A stretch of DNA of 40,392 bases, from IMG/VR virus record IMGVR_UViG_2617271049_000009, positions 1 through 40,392 of that record; one strand, given 5' to 3'. The translations under genes and the position numbers were made by a program. Source of the DNA: a virus (Duplodnaviria > Heunggongvirae > Uroviricota > Caudoviricetes). The notes below the pieces were generated by a model that made no database searches, was not told where the DNA came from, and was given only the letters and a program-made list of their open reading frames with translations. Shown one piece after another: positions 8,899 through 18,869 of the stretch (the stretch's first letter is position 1; each line of letters starts with the position of its first letter).

Positions 8899-9977
8899 CA
8901 GAACGGGTCCTCCTGTACTCTGGCTTTTTTCTTTTTCCGCGCGCCGGGGGCTTCGGGTTCAGGCAGATAAGCATCAGGCGGGCCGACACGGATTTCCGTC
9001 AGGGTGCCGTTCTGGTCCTGAGTAAACGTGACTTCCGAGACAAGCAGTTCGGTATTGTCGAAACCACAGACCGGATCGAAGACAATCACCCGCTGGTTGG
9101 GCTGCCACAGCATACCGTTACCCTGTCGCCAGCCCTGCACCACATAGGTGGTTTCATCCGTCCGCGCCGCCCGTTTTCGGGCTTCAAAGTCAGCACGCGC
9201 AATACAGCCTGCCCCCGTGGCCTGCCCTGTCTGCCTGATATACATCGGACGGTAACGGGCAATAAATGCGTCCTCTGTGCGGGCCCGCAGCGCGGTGGTG
9301 GTGGCCTCACCGAAATCATCGTCGTTTCCGGCACGCTGCCCCGCCACCTGGTAAACAGAAAACCGCTCCCGGATACTCTTCTCCGTATCACAGGAAAGGA
9401 TGTTTTCCCCAAGTACCAGCGCGGTATGTGCCCGCGTTGAGCCAATACCGCCAATCACCAGCCTGCCGTGCGGGTCGTCGTAAGCCAGCGCCTGCTGCTG
9501 ACCGAGTATTTTGTTGATTACCTCAATCACCGTTTCACCGTGATCAGGCTGAACATCAGGAATAACACCCGACGGCGCACCGCTGTTCACCACCTCAATG
9601 CCGAAAGGCGCAGCAAGCGCCTGCGCAATCTGCACCAGCGAGCGTCCGTTAAACTGTGTCGGTTCGGCTGCACAGTCAATCAGGTCAGCCGTCAGACTAC
9701 GTCCGGCAATACCGGTGCTGACCGAACGGGCATCGTAACGAACGGGAGTCGCCTCCACCCAGCCGGTGATCACCAGCTCATCACCAATCAGCACTTCCAC
9801 TTTTGAACCGTTTTTAATGCGCGGCTGAAGCGTGGTGATACCCTCATCTCCCGGCCACTGGCGAGTGATCTCCACACTGAAATCCCGCGCCAGCCGTTCA
9901 ATACCGGCACCGATGCGCACCGATGTCCAGCCATTCCACTCCCGGCCATCTACCCGTAGCGTGACATTGTCGTTCAT
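8898..9977 (-). CDS. tail or baseplate hub protein (Mu gpP / P2 gpD-like, 359 aa)
   Basis: Position between the DNA-circulation gene and the baseplate genes; basic C-terminal tail. Confidence 0.6.
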   Translation of the reverse strand: MNDNVTLRVDGREWNGWTSVRIGAGIERLARDFSVEITRQWPGDEGITTLQPRIKNGSKVEVLIGDELVITGWVEATPVRYDARSVSTGIAGRSLTADLIDCAAEPTQFNGRSLVQIAQALAAPFGIEVVNSGAPSGVIPDVQPDHGETVIEVINKILGQQQALAYDDPHGRLVIGGIGSTRAHTALVLGENILSCDTEKSIRERFSVYQVAGQRAGNDDDFGEATTTALRARTEDAFIARYRPMYIRQTGQATGAGCIARADFEARKRAARTDETTYVVQGWRQGNGMLWQPNQRVIVFDPVCGFDNTELLVSEVTFTQDQNGTLTEIRVGPPDAYLPEPEAPGARKKKKARVQEDPF

Positions 9978-11307
9978 TGCACTGGCACCTTCAGAGGGAT
10001 CACCGGCACAAAGCCGGGATGCGTAATGGCATTACGCCGGATAATGTCCGCGTCACGCGCCGCGTTATCAAACCAGGTCGCAGCCAGCACCAGCGCGGGT
10101 AAAACCTCATCCGGCGTGCGCTGAATGATCCGAGCAGACTGTTCAAGGCGCGTGTTGATATCCGCATTCAGATCTGCTTTCACCCGGCGCAGCGCCAGAA
10201 ACAGCGCATCACTGGTTGTACGGGACAACTCCTTATCAATTGCCGTATTCAGTGTGTCGCGAATGTCGGTCAGTTCTTCCCACGTTGGCAGGTCAACCGT
10301 GTTTTTCACCGCCGGTGCATTGTTCAGTGCCGGATGCGTGACAGAAGGCCAGCCGGTGCTCTGCGCGGGTGTTGTTGCCTGCCCCACTGCGGCATTCTGC
10401 ATCACCGCGGAAGTTGTGGGCGCAGGCAATCGTGTGACGGCATACGCCGCTTCGCTGATTGCGGTCGTACGAAGGGTGCTGGCAACCACGTTACGCTGCT
10501 GCGTCGCCGTGGCGGTGGTTTTACTGTCCGTTTTCCAGACGCCGCGCGGTTGCAGATCGCTGCCGAGGCTGACACCGGAAAGCGTTTTGATCATGGTGAC
10601 CAGGTCGCTGGCGTTACCATAAAGGCGTTTCCCGGTACGCCACATTTTCTGCACCTGCTCAACGAAATTTTTGCCTGACGATGGTGGCGGCAGAAGTACC
10701 GAGATATCCCCCTGCAACAGCCTGGCAGCATCCGATACGGCAGAATCCACCACTTTCATCGCATCAGAAACATACCCAAGCATTGTGCTGGCATTACCGA
10801 CGACGTCGTTCTGCACAAAATCTGCCACGCCATCGATACTGAAACCACTGAAGCTGTCACTGATGCAGTCATCCAGTGCAGAACAGGATGACATCAGCGT
10901 CTGCGCCGTCGCCGCANNNNNNNNNNAGTGGGGTAAGAGAGTTCTCCCGCTTCGACAAACTTCAGGTCAAAGCGGACAATACGCCCTTCACTCTTCGATG
11001 TGCTGACCCGAACTTCCCCATCAACACAGACTTTCAGCTCACCGTAAGTCGGATGGACAAGCGTGCCGGGACCGGGTTTATTCAGCGCGTCAATCAGGCG
11101 ATCGCGCTGGTCAAAGCAGTCATCTCCCACCACATAAGCTGTGATGGACGGGCGGAAAGTGATTTTCCCCAGGTCTTCGGTATAGGGTTTGTCGCGGTTC
11201 GGGTATTCGTGCGTTTCCACACGACGACCGGTTCCCGCACTTTCTTCTTCAACCTTAAACGGCACACCGCGAAATGACGCGTCCTGAAGTCTGTCTTTCC
11301 ACGTCAT
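9974..11307 (-). CDS. DNA circulation protein (Mu gpN-like), interrupted by a 10-N gap at 10917..10926
   Basis: N-terminal motif MTWKDRLQDASFRGVPFKV recalled as characteristic of the Mu N family; two ORF pieces in line across the gap; the ORF extends to 11349 but ATG at 11307 is the likely start. Confidence 0.6.
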
Positions 11308-11322
11308 ATAAACTCCGTACAT

Positions 11323-11350
11323 AAAAAATCCCACCGGAGTGGGACTCATT
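11323..11350 (-). terminator. hairpin followed by a T-run just downstream of the tape-measure gene; terminator or attenuator-like
   Basis: Minus-strand reading TCCCACTCCGGTGGGATTTTTT. Confidence 0.35.
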
Positions 11351-11367
11351 AACAGATTAATTTGTCA

Positions 11368-13203
11368 TTACCTGCCAAAGCGCGTATAGCCAACATCATG
11401 GCTGACATCAAAACCGCTGGATCGCGTTTCCATAACCCGCATACCCGGAGGCGAATTCACAAAAGAGACCTTGATCTCACCATCAACTTTTGGCGCAGAA
11501 GCTTTGTTAATCATGAAGGGATTCGGGCCTGTGGCACCGGAGGCGTTGTTTGACTGAGCCGGATCCACCGCCGGATAAGGTGTGTATCCCCGCGCCGGTA
11601 TTCCCGTCCCATAAGCATCATAAGCACCCGCGCCCCACTGCGCAGAGTTAATGGCATCGACCGTGTCACCGGAACTGTCGGTAAACCACTCAATAATTGG
11701 CTTCAGCTTGTCCCACATATCCTGAAACCACTTAACAACCGGTCCCCAGTTATTGATTACCATCCCCAGCGGCGACCAGGCAAAAACCTTCTTCAGAAGT
11801 TCCCAGCCAGCCTCAAAATAAGGACCAATGGTTTCCCAGAGCTTCTTGAAATAAGGTCCGACAACATCCCAGTTAGTGATAATTAATCCCGCAGCCAGGG
11901 CTATCGCCGTCGCAATCATTCCAATCGGCGTCATCGACATGATCCTGCTGACAATACTGATGGCACCGCCAACGCCCATCAATCCCAGTTTCAGAATCGC
12001 AAGACCGGCAGCAAGCCCGACGACGCCGCGAATAACCCGGGGATTTTCATCCGCAAACTTCGTGAATTTTTCCCCTAACTCCCCCAGCCATTGCGTGATA
12101 TTTTTGGCGTCACCAGAAAATGCGCCACCAATAGCCGCAAGGCCGTTAGTTGCGGTCCCCGTCATTGCCTCCCACAGGTTGGACAGCGTACCAAGCTGGG
12201 CCTGAACACGTTTATTCAGGCTGGCCTGTTTATTCATCTTCTGCTGGATCTGATCGTAGCCATCCTTTCCTTTATCGATTAGTGCATTGACCACCTGAAG
12301 GGTTTCGGCATCATCACCAAATATTGCCTTAAGTACACCTGTTCGCTTAACGTCGGTCAGTTTTCGCAGCTTTGCCAGTTGCCTGAACATGTTATCAAGA
12401 CCGCCAAAACTTCCTTTGCCGTCAGTAAAATCGAGCTGTACCCCGAGTTTCTGGCGGGCCATGACTTTATTGACGTCCCTGATTTTCTTAACGCTTAATC
12501 CGGACTGGATAACTTTTCGCAGGGCATTACCTGCCGACTCCCCGTTCATCCCCATCTGATCCATCATGACGCTGATGGGGGCAAGGCTCTGTGCAGCCTG
12601 AAGACCGTCCTTGTTCACCATCTTCAGAACAGAACTGGTTTTAGTGAAGAAGGACAACATGTTGGTATCGTCAACGCCCAGATAAAACGCCTTCTGGATA
12701 GTGTCGAACAGCCCCATCATGTCTTCTGACGCCGTTCCGGTAGCATCCTGCATCTTTGCAGCAAACTCAGCAGCCGCTTCCGGTGTTTTTTTCAGTTGTA
12801 CCGCAAGATAAGCTGTCGCTTTACCCACACCGCCAAGAATGTTTTCTGCCGGGATCCCCTGACGCACCAGCATCTGCATCATGTTCTGGAAATCAGCCGT
12901 TGTACCGGGTAGCTGGTTACCCAGACCAATAGCCAGTTTATTGATGTCCTGAAAGCGCTTTCCGACCTCACCGTTCGCATCCATCATGGCAACTTTCAGC
13001 CCGGTGGCGGCGTTTTCCTGATCGGCATAAGATTTCAGGGAAAGCGTCAGACCCGCAGCCAGTCCGCCACCAAGCGCCAACCCACCCTGTGACGCTTCTT
13101 CCGCCTGGCGTTTAAATCCCCGGATTTTCTTTTGCATTTTCGACAGCGCGGGAGAAAGCCTGTCGACACCGGTGATCAACGCCTTAAGCTCAAATTCAGC
13201 CAT
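11368..13203 (-). CDS. tail tape measure protein (611 aa)
   Basis: Long ORF downstream of the chaperone pair; alpha-helical N-terminus, central Gly/Ala-rich hydrophobic stretch, Trp-rich C-terminal region. Confidence 0.85.
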   Translation of the reverse strand: MAEFELKALITGVDRLSPALSKMQKKIRGFKRQAEEASQGGLALGGGLAAGLTLSLKSYADQENAATGLKVAMMDANGEVGKRFQDINKLAIGLGNQLPGTTADFQNMMQMLVRQGIPAENILGGVGKATAYLAVQLKKTPEAAAEFAAKMQDATGTASEDMMGLFDTIQKAFYLGVDDTNMLSFFTKTSSVLKMVNKDGLQAAQSLAPISVMMDQMGMNGESAGNALRKVIQSGLSVKKIRDVNKVMARQKLGVQLDFTDGKGSFGGLDNMFRQLAKLRKLTDVKRTGVLKAIFGDDAETLQVVNALIDKGKDGYDQIQQKMNKQASLNKRVQAQLGTLSNLWEAMTGTATNGLAAIGGAFSGDAKNITQWLGELGEKFTKFADENPRVIRGVVGLAAGLAILKLGLMGVGGAISIVSRIMSMTPIGMIATAIALAAGLIITNWDVVGPYFKKLWETIGPYFEAGWELLKKVFAWSPLGMVINNWGPVVKWFQDMWDKLKPIIEWFTDSSGDTVDAINSAQWGAGAYDAYGTGIPARGYTPYPAVDPAQSNNASGATGPNPFMINKASAPKVDGEIKVSFVNSPPGMRVMETRSSGFDVSHDVGYTRFGR

Positions 13204-13378
13204 GTGTGCGTTTCTCCTGCTCTATCCTGTTTGCCTGACTGACCAGCAAGGGAATTTCACTGATCGGCATATTCAGCAATTCGAAGGGATTAATGCGCCA
13301 GTAGCTGGCGCAGTCAAAGAAGCGATCAGTGAGGTATTCAGCCGTCAGGCCTGGAGGAAAAAACCAGCCACAAGCCAC
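13196..13378 (-). CDS. frameshift extension of the tail assembly chaperone (lambda G/GT or P2 E/E' analogue)
   Basis: ORF in another frame overlapping the chaperone 3' end (13345..13378) and ending 5 nt before the tape-measure start. Confidence 0.45.
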   Translation of the reverse strand: MACGWFFPPGLTAEYLTDRFFDCASYWRINPFELLNMPISEIPLLVSQANRIEQEKRTHG

Positions 13379-13614
13379 GCCGCAGCATTCAGGTCTGCCG
13401 GAGACATCTGGTCGACAGAGTTTTGCGGCACTTTCGCCAGCCGCACAATGTATTTCGATACCACATGCGCCAGAAGTCTGACGGACTCATCCTGATTCAT
13501 CTGGTAGGGATACCCCAGCTCGCGGACATCTTTCCCGGTGGGCTCATCAAACTCCAGTACGGAGAGTGTCTCGCCATGAGCGGTAATCGGTTTCTTTAAC
13601 TCAAGCTCTTTCAT
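13345..13614 (-). CDS. tail assembly chaperone (89 aa)
   Basis: Small ORF between the tube and tape-measure genes; start overlaps the tube stop. Confidence 0.65.
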   Translation of the reverse strand: MKELELKKPITAHGETLSVLEFDEPTGKDVRELGYPYQMNQDESVRLLAHVVSKYIVRLAKVPQNSVDQMSPADLNAAAWLVAGFFLQA

Positions 13615-13970
13615 TACTGGTAATCCCCTTCTTCACCGTGGAACTCAAGATCAACCGTCCCTTCTTCGGCATTATGGTTCGCTTCGCCGTGCAGCCAGGC
13701 AGACGACAGTACATAGACCTGACCGTTCGCCAGCTCGGCAGTGATGGTCATCTCATCAGACGAGGTGATTTTGCTCACCGGAAAATTCTTCGGCACCTTG
13801 AAGGTCCCTTTAACATAAGGCGCACGGTGAGTTTCCTTGCGGTCCACTGAACCGTCCAGGCCGATGATGTCATCATTGACCGTCCTGTTCATGGGCACCT
13901 CAATGCCGCCGGTCAGCGATAGCTGCTGACCGTCAATTTTGAAATAACAGGTTCCCCCGATACGGGCCAT
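13614..13970 (-). CDS. tail tube protein (118 aa)
   Basis: Small ORF immediately downstream of the sheath gene with start/stop overlap. Confidence 0.7.
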   Translation of the reverse strand: MARIGGTCYFKIDGQQLSLTGGIEVPMNRTVNDDIIGLDGSVDRKETHRAPYVKGTFKVPKNFPVSKITSSDEMTITAELANGQVYVLSSAWLHGEANHNAEEGTVDLEFHGEEGDYQ

Positions 13971-15466
13971 TATGCAGACTCCTCTGAATACTGAAGACGG
14001 AACTGGTTAACCACGGCAAAGACACGCAACTGGTTAACATAGTCAGGCGGGAACAGCGTGTTCAGGCGGTTCGGATCGCTGGCATCACGCTCCACAACCA
14101 GGTACTGCTTAAACAGTTCGTAGTTTTCCACGATCCCCGCACGCTCAAGCTGACGGTAGGTTGCCAGCAGTTCCCCTTTGATCACCGCCGGGGTGACAAT
14201 CGCCTGACCGGGACCAAAGCGGGTACCGTCGCTGGCAAGCTTGTGACGCCCGTACTTACTGGTAATGACGGATTTCAGTTTGCGCAGTACATACGCACTG
14301 GTATGCAGCGTCTCGCTGTCGAGGTAGCTGTTATCCGCAACCCCGTAAGCGTTTTTCCTGTACGTGGTGACATCACGCTGAATGCGCAGTACCCCGCTTT
14401 CGACATACGCCGTTGCCACGCCATGAGACAGCAGGGTCTGTTGTTCGGTCATCGTGAACCGTTTCCCCTTCGGCGCAGGCAGCATACCCACCAGCTCACC
14501 GGTCTGCGTGGGACGTGCTGGATCGTTGCGGATAAACACCGCTGCGCGGGCGGTACGGCTTGCCGCCAGCTCGTCGGCAGGCGTCTGGGTCTCTTTTTCG
14601 TACCCCGCCAGGGTAATGTGCTGCTGGTTAAACTGGTCACCTGCGGTCACCAGTTCTGACAGCGTGCCGATCTTTGCCGTATACACATGACCATACAGCT
14701 GACGCGCATAGCTCCAGCGACCGCTGGTATCGTTCATCTCGGTCACCAGCGTGTTAACGGAGGCCGTGTCGTTGAACGGCAGGCCGATATAATCAAACGG
14801 CTCATCCGCCATTGCAGCCACCGCGCCGGTGAGAACCGGAGCACCCGTTCCGGCGGTACCCGTCGCCACGGCAATCTGTACGCCCGCTGGCAGCACTTCG
14901 CCCCCACCAAAGCCGTAGTAATTGAGGCTGACAGGAATTTCATTCCCGCAAAGCCCCTTATGACGCGCGGTCAGTGTGACCACGCCTGCCGAAGATGAAG
15001 CCGTAAACGGCAGGGCCGGAACGGCATTGATGGCATCCTGGATACTGCTGGCAATCATCGTGACGTTATCGCCGTTAGTCACCGGTGCCTGCACGCGGGT
15101 ACGTCCCACATAGACATTCACCGTGCCGGTTTCGGTTGCCGCCCCGGTCACCGTCAGCGTAACCGTTGCCGCCGCGCCTGTGGATTCAGGAACGGCAATC
15201 ACATACAGCTCGCCAAACGGGTCAGTCTGGCGATAAGCCTCGACCATACGCGCCAGCTGACTTCCCGCACCACAAATCTGGCGTGCATAGTCTGCCGACG
15301 GCATCAGTACCAGACTGTTGGCAACAATCTCTGCACCGTTATTGGCATGACCAATCAGCAGCGATGCTCCGCTGTCCTGTGCAGTATTCGCCGCCTGGTT
15401 ATCCATTTCCGCATAAAACAACGGAACCAGCGTATTCGACGGAATGGTGTTAAAGCTTATCGTCAT
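13970..15466 (-). CDS. contractile tail sheath protein (498 aa)
   Basis: Size and position upstream of the tube gene in a myovirus-type tail module. Confidence 0.8.
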   Translation of the reverse strand: MTISFNTIPSNTLVPLFYAEMDNQAANTAQDSGASLLIGHANNGAEIVANSLVLMPSADYARQICGAGSQLARMVEAYRQTDPFGELYVIAVPESTGAAATVTLTVTGAATETGTVNVYVGRTRVQAPVTNGDNVTMIASSIQDAINAVPALPFTASSSAGVVTLTARHKGLCGNEIPVSLNYYGFGGGEVLPAGVQIAVATGTAGTGAPVLTGAVAAMADEPFDYIGLPFNDTASVNTLVTEMNDTSGRWSYARQLYGHVYTAKIGTLSELVTAGDQFNQQHITLAGYEKETQTPADELAASRTARAAVFIRNDPARPTQTGELVGMLPAPKGKRFTMTEQQTLLSHGVATAYVESGVLRIQRDVTTYRKNAYGVADNSYLDSETLHTSAYVLRKLKSVITSKYGRHKLASDGTRFGPGQAIVTPAVIKGELLATYRQLERAGIVENYELFKQYLVVERDASDPNRLNTLFPPDYVNQLRVFAVVNQFRLQYSEESA

Positions 15467-15620
15467 CGGTATTCACCTTTTTATTCACGCGCCGGATATC
15501 ACCCGCTGCTTCACGGCGCAGCCAGTAGTTGTTCTCGTCAACATTTCGCCCTTCGGCGGGCAAAAGGTCGCCGCGGGCAGGGTCAGGAACTGACCGCCCT
15601 TTAACAGGTTTGACAAACAT
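15450..15620 (-). CDS. small conserved tail-module protein (56 aa), below the ORF-track cutoff
   Basis: ATG at 15620; translation MFVKPVKGRSVPDPARGDLLPAEGRNVDENNYWLRREAAGDIRRVNKKVNTDDKL; stop overlaps the sheath start. Confidence 0.4.
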   Translation of the reverse strand: MFVKPVKGRSVPDPARGDLLPAEGRNVDENNYWLRREAAGDIRRVNKKVNTDDDKL

Positions 15621-15628
15621 GAGGATCC

Positions 15629-16189
15629 TCAGGAAGGAAGGGGTATTTCGGTGTGATGTTCGATATCGCCGTCAGGCCCGTTACCGGGCTCGAGATAATC
15701 AACATCAATCGCCAGCGTTTGCAGTTCATCCAGACTGTTCAGATCATCCTGCTGGCGGGTATCGTCTTCAGTCAGCTCGCTGATGACCGAAAAATCGAAC
15801 TGATAAATCAGCTCATGACGATTCAGATCCAGCAGCGTGCCGCCGTCATAGGTAATCGGGTTACCGCACGCCTCCGGGTTCCAGCCCAGCAGAGCCTTAA
15901 AGAGCATCTGCCGGACATCGTCCACCACATCATACGAGGCAAACTGACCGCGCTCATCACGCCCGTTACTCAGTATGACAACCACGGAGAAACCCTCTTT
16001 CAGCTCCTGCCAGTAGTCGGTCTGGCTTTTGTTTTCTCCCGGAGAATCATCACCCGGTACAACATATGCCGCCGGGAGTTTCAGCTTTCCGACCTCCGGC
16101 AGATTTTTGAACTGGGCCGCGCCTGCAACCCGGTTTTCAAAATACGGACAGCGGGCACGCAGTGCAGCAATAACAGGCGTCAGTTTCAT
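15629..16189 (-). CDS. putative tail completion or terminator protein (186 aa)
   Basis: Position between head-tail joining genes and the sheath; ATG start with overlap to the upstream gene. Confidence 0.5.
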   Translation of the reverse strand: MKLTPVIAALRARCPYFENRVAGAAQFKNLPEVGKLKLPAAYVVPGDDSPGENKSQTDYWQELKEGFSVVVILSNGRDERGQFASYDVVDDVRQMLFKALLGWNPEACGNPITYDGGTLLDLNRHELIYQFDFSVISELTEDDTRQQDDLNSLDELQTLAIDVDYLEPGNGPDGDIEHHTEIPLPS

Positions 16190-16692
16190 CTGTGTCGTCG
16201 CTCCGGCTTCAGTGATTTACGCAATTCCCGCGCCAGAAAATAGCGTGTCCAGCTGCGGTTCTTTTCAAGCGTTTCCACCATGAAGTTATTACGTGGAGCC
16301 AGTCGCCAGCCGCTGCCACCGGATGCACCACGATGATGGCTGCGACGACGCTTTGCTCCTCCCCGGACACCAAAAAACAGAAACGCCGGATAGAAGTCAC
16401 CAGAGATCATCCGGTTCCCCTTCCCGTTGTGCTGGTTAGGGGCAATGCGTGTCATAAAACCGGCTCGCTTTTTACTGGCTCTCGGCACCATGTAACCAAT
16501 CGAACGAGCCAGGCGTCCGGTCTGATAACCGGGGTTTTCACCCGGTGCCGACCGCGCACGGCGCATCACCAGCCGACGGGCATCACGCATATGACGCTGC
16601 CCAATCGTGATAAACGCCCGCCGGACACGGGCGCGGTTAAAGCGCATTTCCGCGGGCTGCTGAACATCAACGTGAAAAAAGGGAGTCGCCAT
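16186..16692 (-). CDS. virion morphogenesis / head-tail joining protein (168 aa, basic)
   Basis: Position in the head-tail joining cluster; Arg-rich sequence. Confidence 0.5.
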   Translation of the reverse strand: MATPFFHVDVQQPAEMRFNRARVRRAFITIGQRHMRDARRLVMRRARSAPGENPGYQTGRLARSIGYMVPRASKKRAGFMTRIAPNQHNGKGNRMISGDFYPAFLFFGVRGGAKRRRSHHRGASGGSGWRLAPRNNFMVETLEKNRSWTRYFLARELRKSLKPERRHR

Positions 16693-17077
16693 TGCTGCCT
16701 CCGTGACTCTGCGTAAACTCGCCCAGCTCCGTACACTCCAGCAGCAGAAAGCGCCGCGCCCCGTTCAGATCGCGCTGACGTTTCACCCGGTACACACTGT
16801 CACCGCAGACCACCTCATAATCAGCGGTGATCCCCCGGCGGTAACGAATGGTGATGTAATGGGTGATGGCGTCCCCGGTCTGCGCGGTTTCCTGCCAGGT
16901 GGTGGCACTGGTCTGGATAACCTTCGCCCATGTCCGGAACGTAACCGGGTATTGAGGCTCCACGCCAAAGGTATCCGCGGGCATATCCACCCGCTGGCGG
17001 ATCAGGACGCGTTTATTCAGTTCGCCGGGGTCCGGCAGAATGTAGGTTGCGCTGGTCTGCGCCTGACGAATTTTCAT
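16667..17077 (-). CDS. head-tail adaptor protein (136 aa)
   Basis: Size and position after the connector-like gene. Confidence 0.6.
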   Translation of the reverse strand: MKIRQAQTSATYILPDPGELNKRVLIRQRVDMPADTFGVEPQYPVTFRTWAKVIQTSATTWQETAQTGDAITHYITIRYRRGITADYEVVCGDSVYRVKRQRDLNGARRFLLLECTELGEFTQSHGGSNGDSLFSR

Positions 17078-17397
17078 TGCGGAAAGTACCTGTACGGGCC
17101 AACAAGCCAGCCAAAACTCTGCGGCATGTCGAGTTTCTCCACTTCCGTAACCGACGAGCGGTTTTCGTAAAAATGGCTGATAAGCATCAGCATCCCCAGA
17201 CGAATATCATCCGGCAGGTGCAGACCGTCCGGATCGCTGTCCGGAATGGTTTCATCCGGTGCATAGAGCGTCCGGTTCAGATACGTTTCCGTCCGCTTTT
17301 GTGCCGCACAGGCCAGCAGTTGCAGATGGCGGTCATCAGTATCGAAATCCTCATCCAGCCGGAGTTGGGCTTTAATCTCTTCCATTGTCAGAAGCAT
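17074..17397 (-). CDS. head-tail connector protein, gp6-like (107 aa)
   Basis: Acidic small protein immediately after the capsid cluster. Confidence 0.6.
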   Translation of the reverse strand: MLLTMEEIKAQLRLDEDFDTDDRHLQLLACAAQKRTETYLNRTLYAPDETIPDSDPDGLHLPDDIRLGMLMLISHFYENRSSVTEVEKLDMPQSFGWLVGPYRYFPQ

Positions 17398-17399
17398 GC

Positions 17400-17600
17400 T
17401 CAGCCCTCTTTACTGGTCGTGGCTTTTTTCTCTTTTGCCGCTTTACTGCTTTTTGCACTGATTCCGCGCTCTGCTAACCCGGCCTGAAGTGCAATCTCCT
17501 GCACACGGGCAGGAAGCGCCCCGTCGTCATACTCACCGGCCCGAATGACCTCAACACGCATACCGTCCGGTGACCATTTCAGATCTTGTTTCAGGATCAT
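17400..17600 (-). CDS. small hypothetical head-module protein (66 aa)
   Basis: ATG-initiated ORF between capsid and connector genes; Lys-rich C-terminus. Confidence 0.4.
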   Translation of the reverse strand: MILKQDLKWSPDGMRVEVIRAGEYDDGALPARVQEIALQAGLAERGISAKSSKAAKEKKATTSKEG

Positions 17601-17649
17601 GATTCTTCACCCGTCAGAACAGGGGGCGCGGTTCCGCGCCCATGAATGA

Positions 17650-18855
17650 TTACGCCTCTGCAATCTTCAGCAGTTTGATGGCCTGCGAATCGACCAGCAT
17701 CCCGCCGGTGCGCTTGGTGGTATAAAAACCGACAAACGGTTTATTGGTGTACGGGTCACGCAGAATGCGGGTGCCGATACGGTCAACGATGGTGTAACCC
17801 CGTTTGAAGTTACCAAATGCAATGGCTTTCGCATCAGCTGCGATATCCGGCATCTGTTCGTTTTCAGCGATACCGTAACCCGCCAGAGAGGACGGCTGCC
17901 CCAGCTCCAGCCCCGGACGCCACAGATAGTTACCCTCGCTGTCTTTCAGCAGACGGATGGCAAACAGGCTGTTGTTGTTCATCATGAACTTCGCGCCAGT
18001 ACGGTGTGCCTTACGCAGCGTGTAAATCAGTTTGATAATGGCGTCTGCGGTCACCGCAGTCGCTTCGCCGGATACAATATGCTGAAGTTTGCCGAACGCC
18101 CGGACCTTATCGGTTTCATCAGTGGATTCATACGCCAGGAACCCTTTCGGCTTCTTGGTGCCATCGCCTGAGGTAAAGGCAATTTCTTCCTGTTCGGCAA
18201 ATTCGGTTGCCAGCTCGCTGTTGATCCAGGCCTCCACGTTGAAGAAGGCATCGTCCAGCATTTTCTGGGTAGCCTGCGGGTTGCCGTAGATTTCCCCCAT
18301 GAAAGGTTCAATCAGTCCCAGTTTTGAGGTGGCGGTCTGGGAGCGTGCATCAGTCTCGCCAACCCATCCGGAAGCCGTGCCGCCCAGATTCACCAGTTTT
18401 TTGTAGTCGGAACCGCCAACGGTGATCACCGTGGCTTCCTGGCGCATCACCACTTCATCTTTCAGCAGGGTGAGAATGTTGCGATCCAGTGCTTCCGGCA
18501 CGGCATAGCCACCGTCTTCATCGGTGCCCACCTGCAATGCCTTGCGCTCCAGATCGCGCAGACCGTCTTCACGGCCTTTACGCAGGAAGCCCACAAACGC
18601 CTCTTTGTGCTCTGTGGCCAGTTTATTTTGCGCACCACCTGCCGGACGTTTCAGCTCAAGCAGCTCTTTTTCAAGGTCGCTTTTGAGATTTTCCAGCTCG
18701 CTGAGTTTCCCGTTCAGGGTTTCCACCTGTCCGGCAAGTTTGCCTTTTTCCTGCTCAATCGCATCCACGCGCTTGTCGTTCTTTGCCTTGAAGTCGTCAA
18801 ACTTCTGCTGCAGCTCCTGCGCGACCTGTTCCACATCTTTAATATCAACCGCCAT
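17650..18855 (-). CDS. major capsid protein, HK97 family (401 aa)
   Basis: N-terminal coiled-coil delta-like domain followed by capsid body; directly downstream of the prohead protease. Confidence 0.9.
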   Translation of the reverse strand: MAVDIKDVEQVAQELQQKFDDFKAKNDKRVDAIEQEKGKLAGQVETLNGKLSELENLKSDLEKELLELKRPAGGAQNKLATEHKEAFVGFLRKGREDGLRDLERKALQVGTDEDGGYAVPEALDRNILTLLKDEVVMRQEATVITVGGSDYKKLVNLGGTASGWVGETDARSQTATSKLGLIEPFMGEIYGNPQATQKMLDDAFFNVEAWINSELATEFAEQEEIAFTSGDGTKKPKGFLAYESTDETDKVRAFGKLQHIVSGEATAVTADAIIKLIYTLRKAHRTGAKFMMNNNSLFAIRLLKDSEGNYLWRPGLELGQPSSLAGYGIAENEQMPDIAADAKAIAFGNFKRGYTIVDRIGTRILRDPYTNKPFVGFYTTKRTGGMLVDSQAIKLLKIAEA

Positions 18856-18869
18856 CGTATTTCTCCTGA

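Noticed and set aside
7279-10678. Numerous 60-165-aa ORFs antisense to baseplate, tail and DNA-circulation genes
   Set aside because: They are embedded in long, well-supported structural genes on the opposite strand in GC-rich DNA where spurious open frames are expected; none has a convincing RBS.
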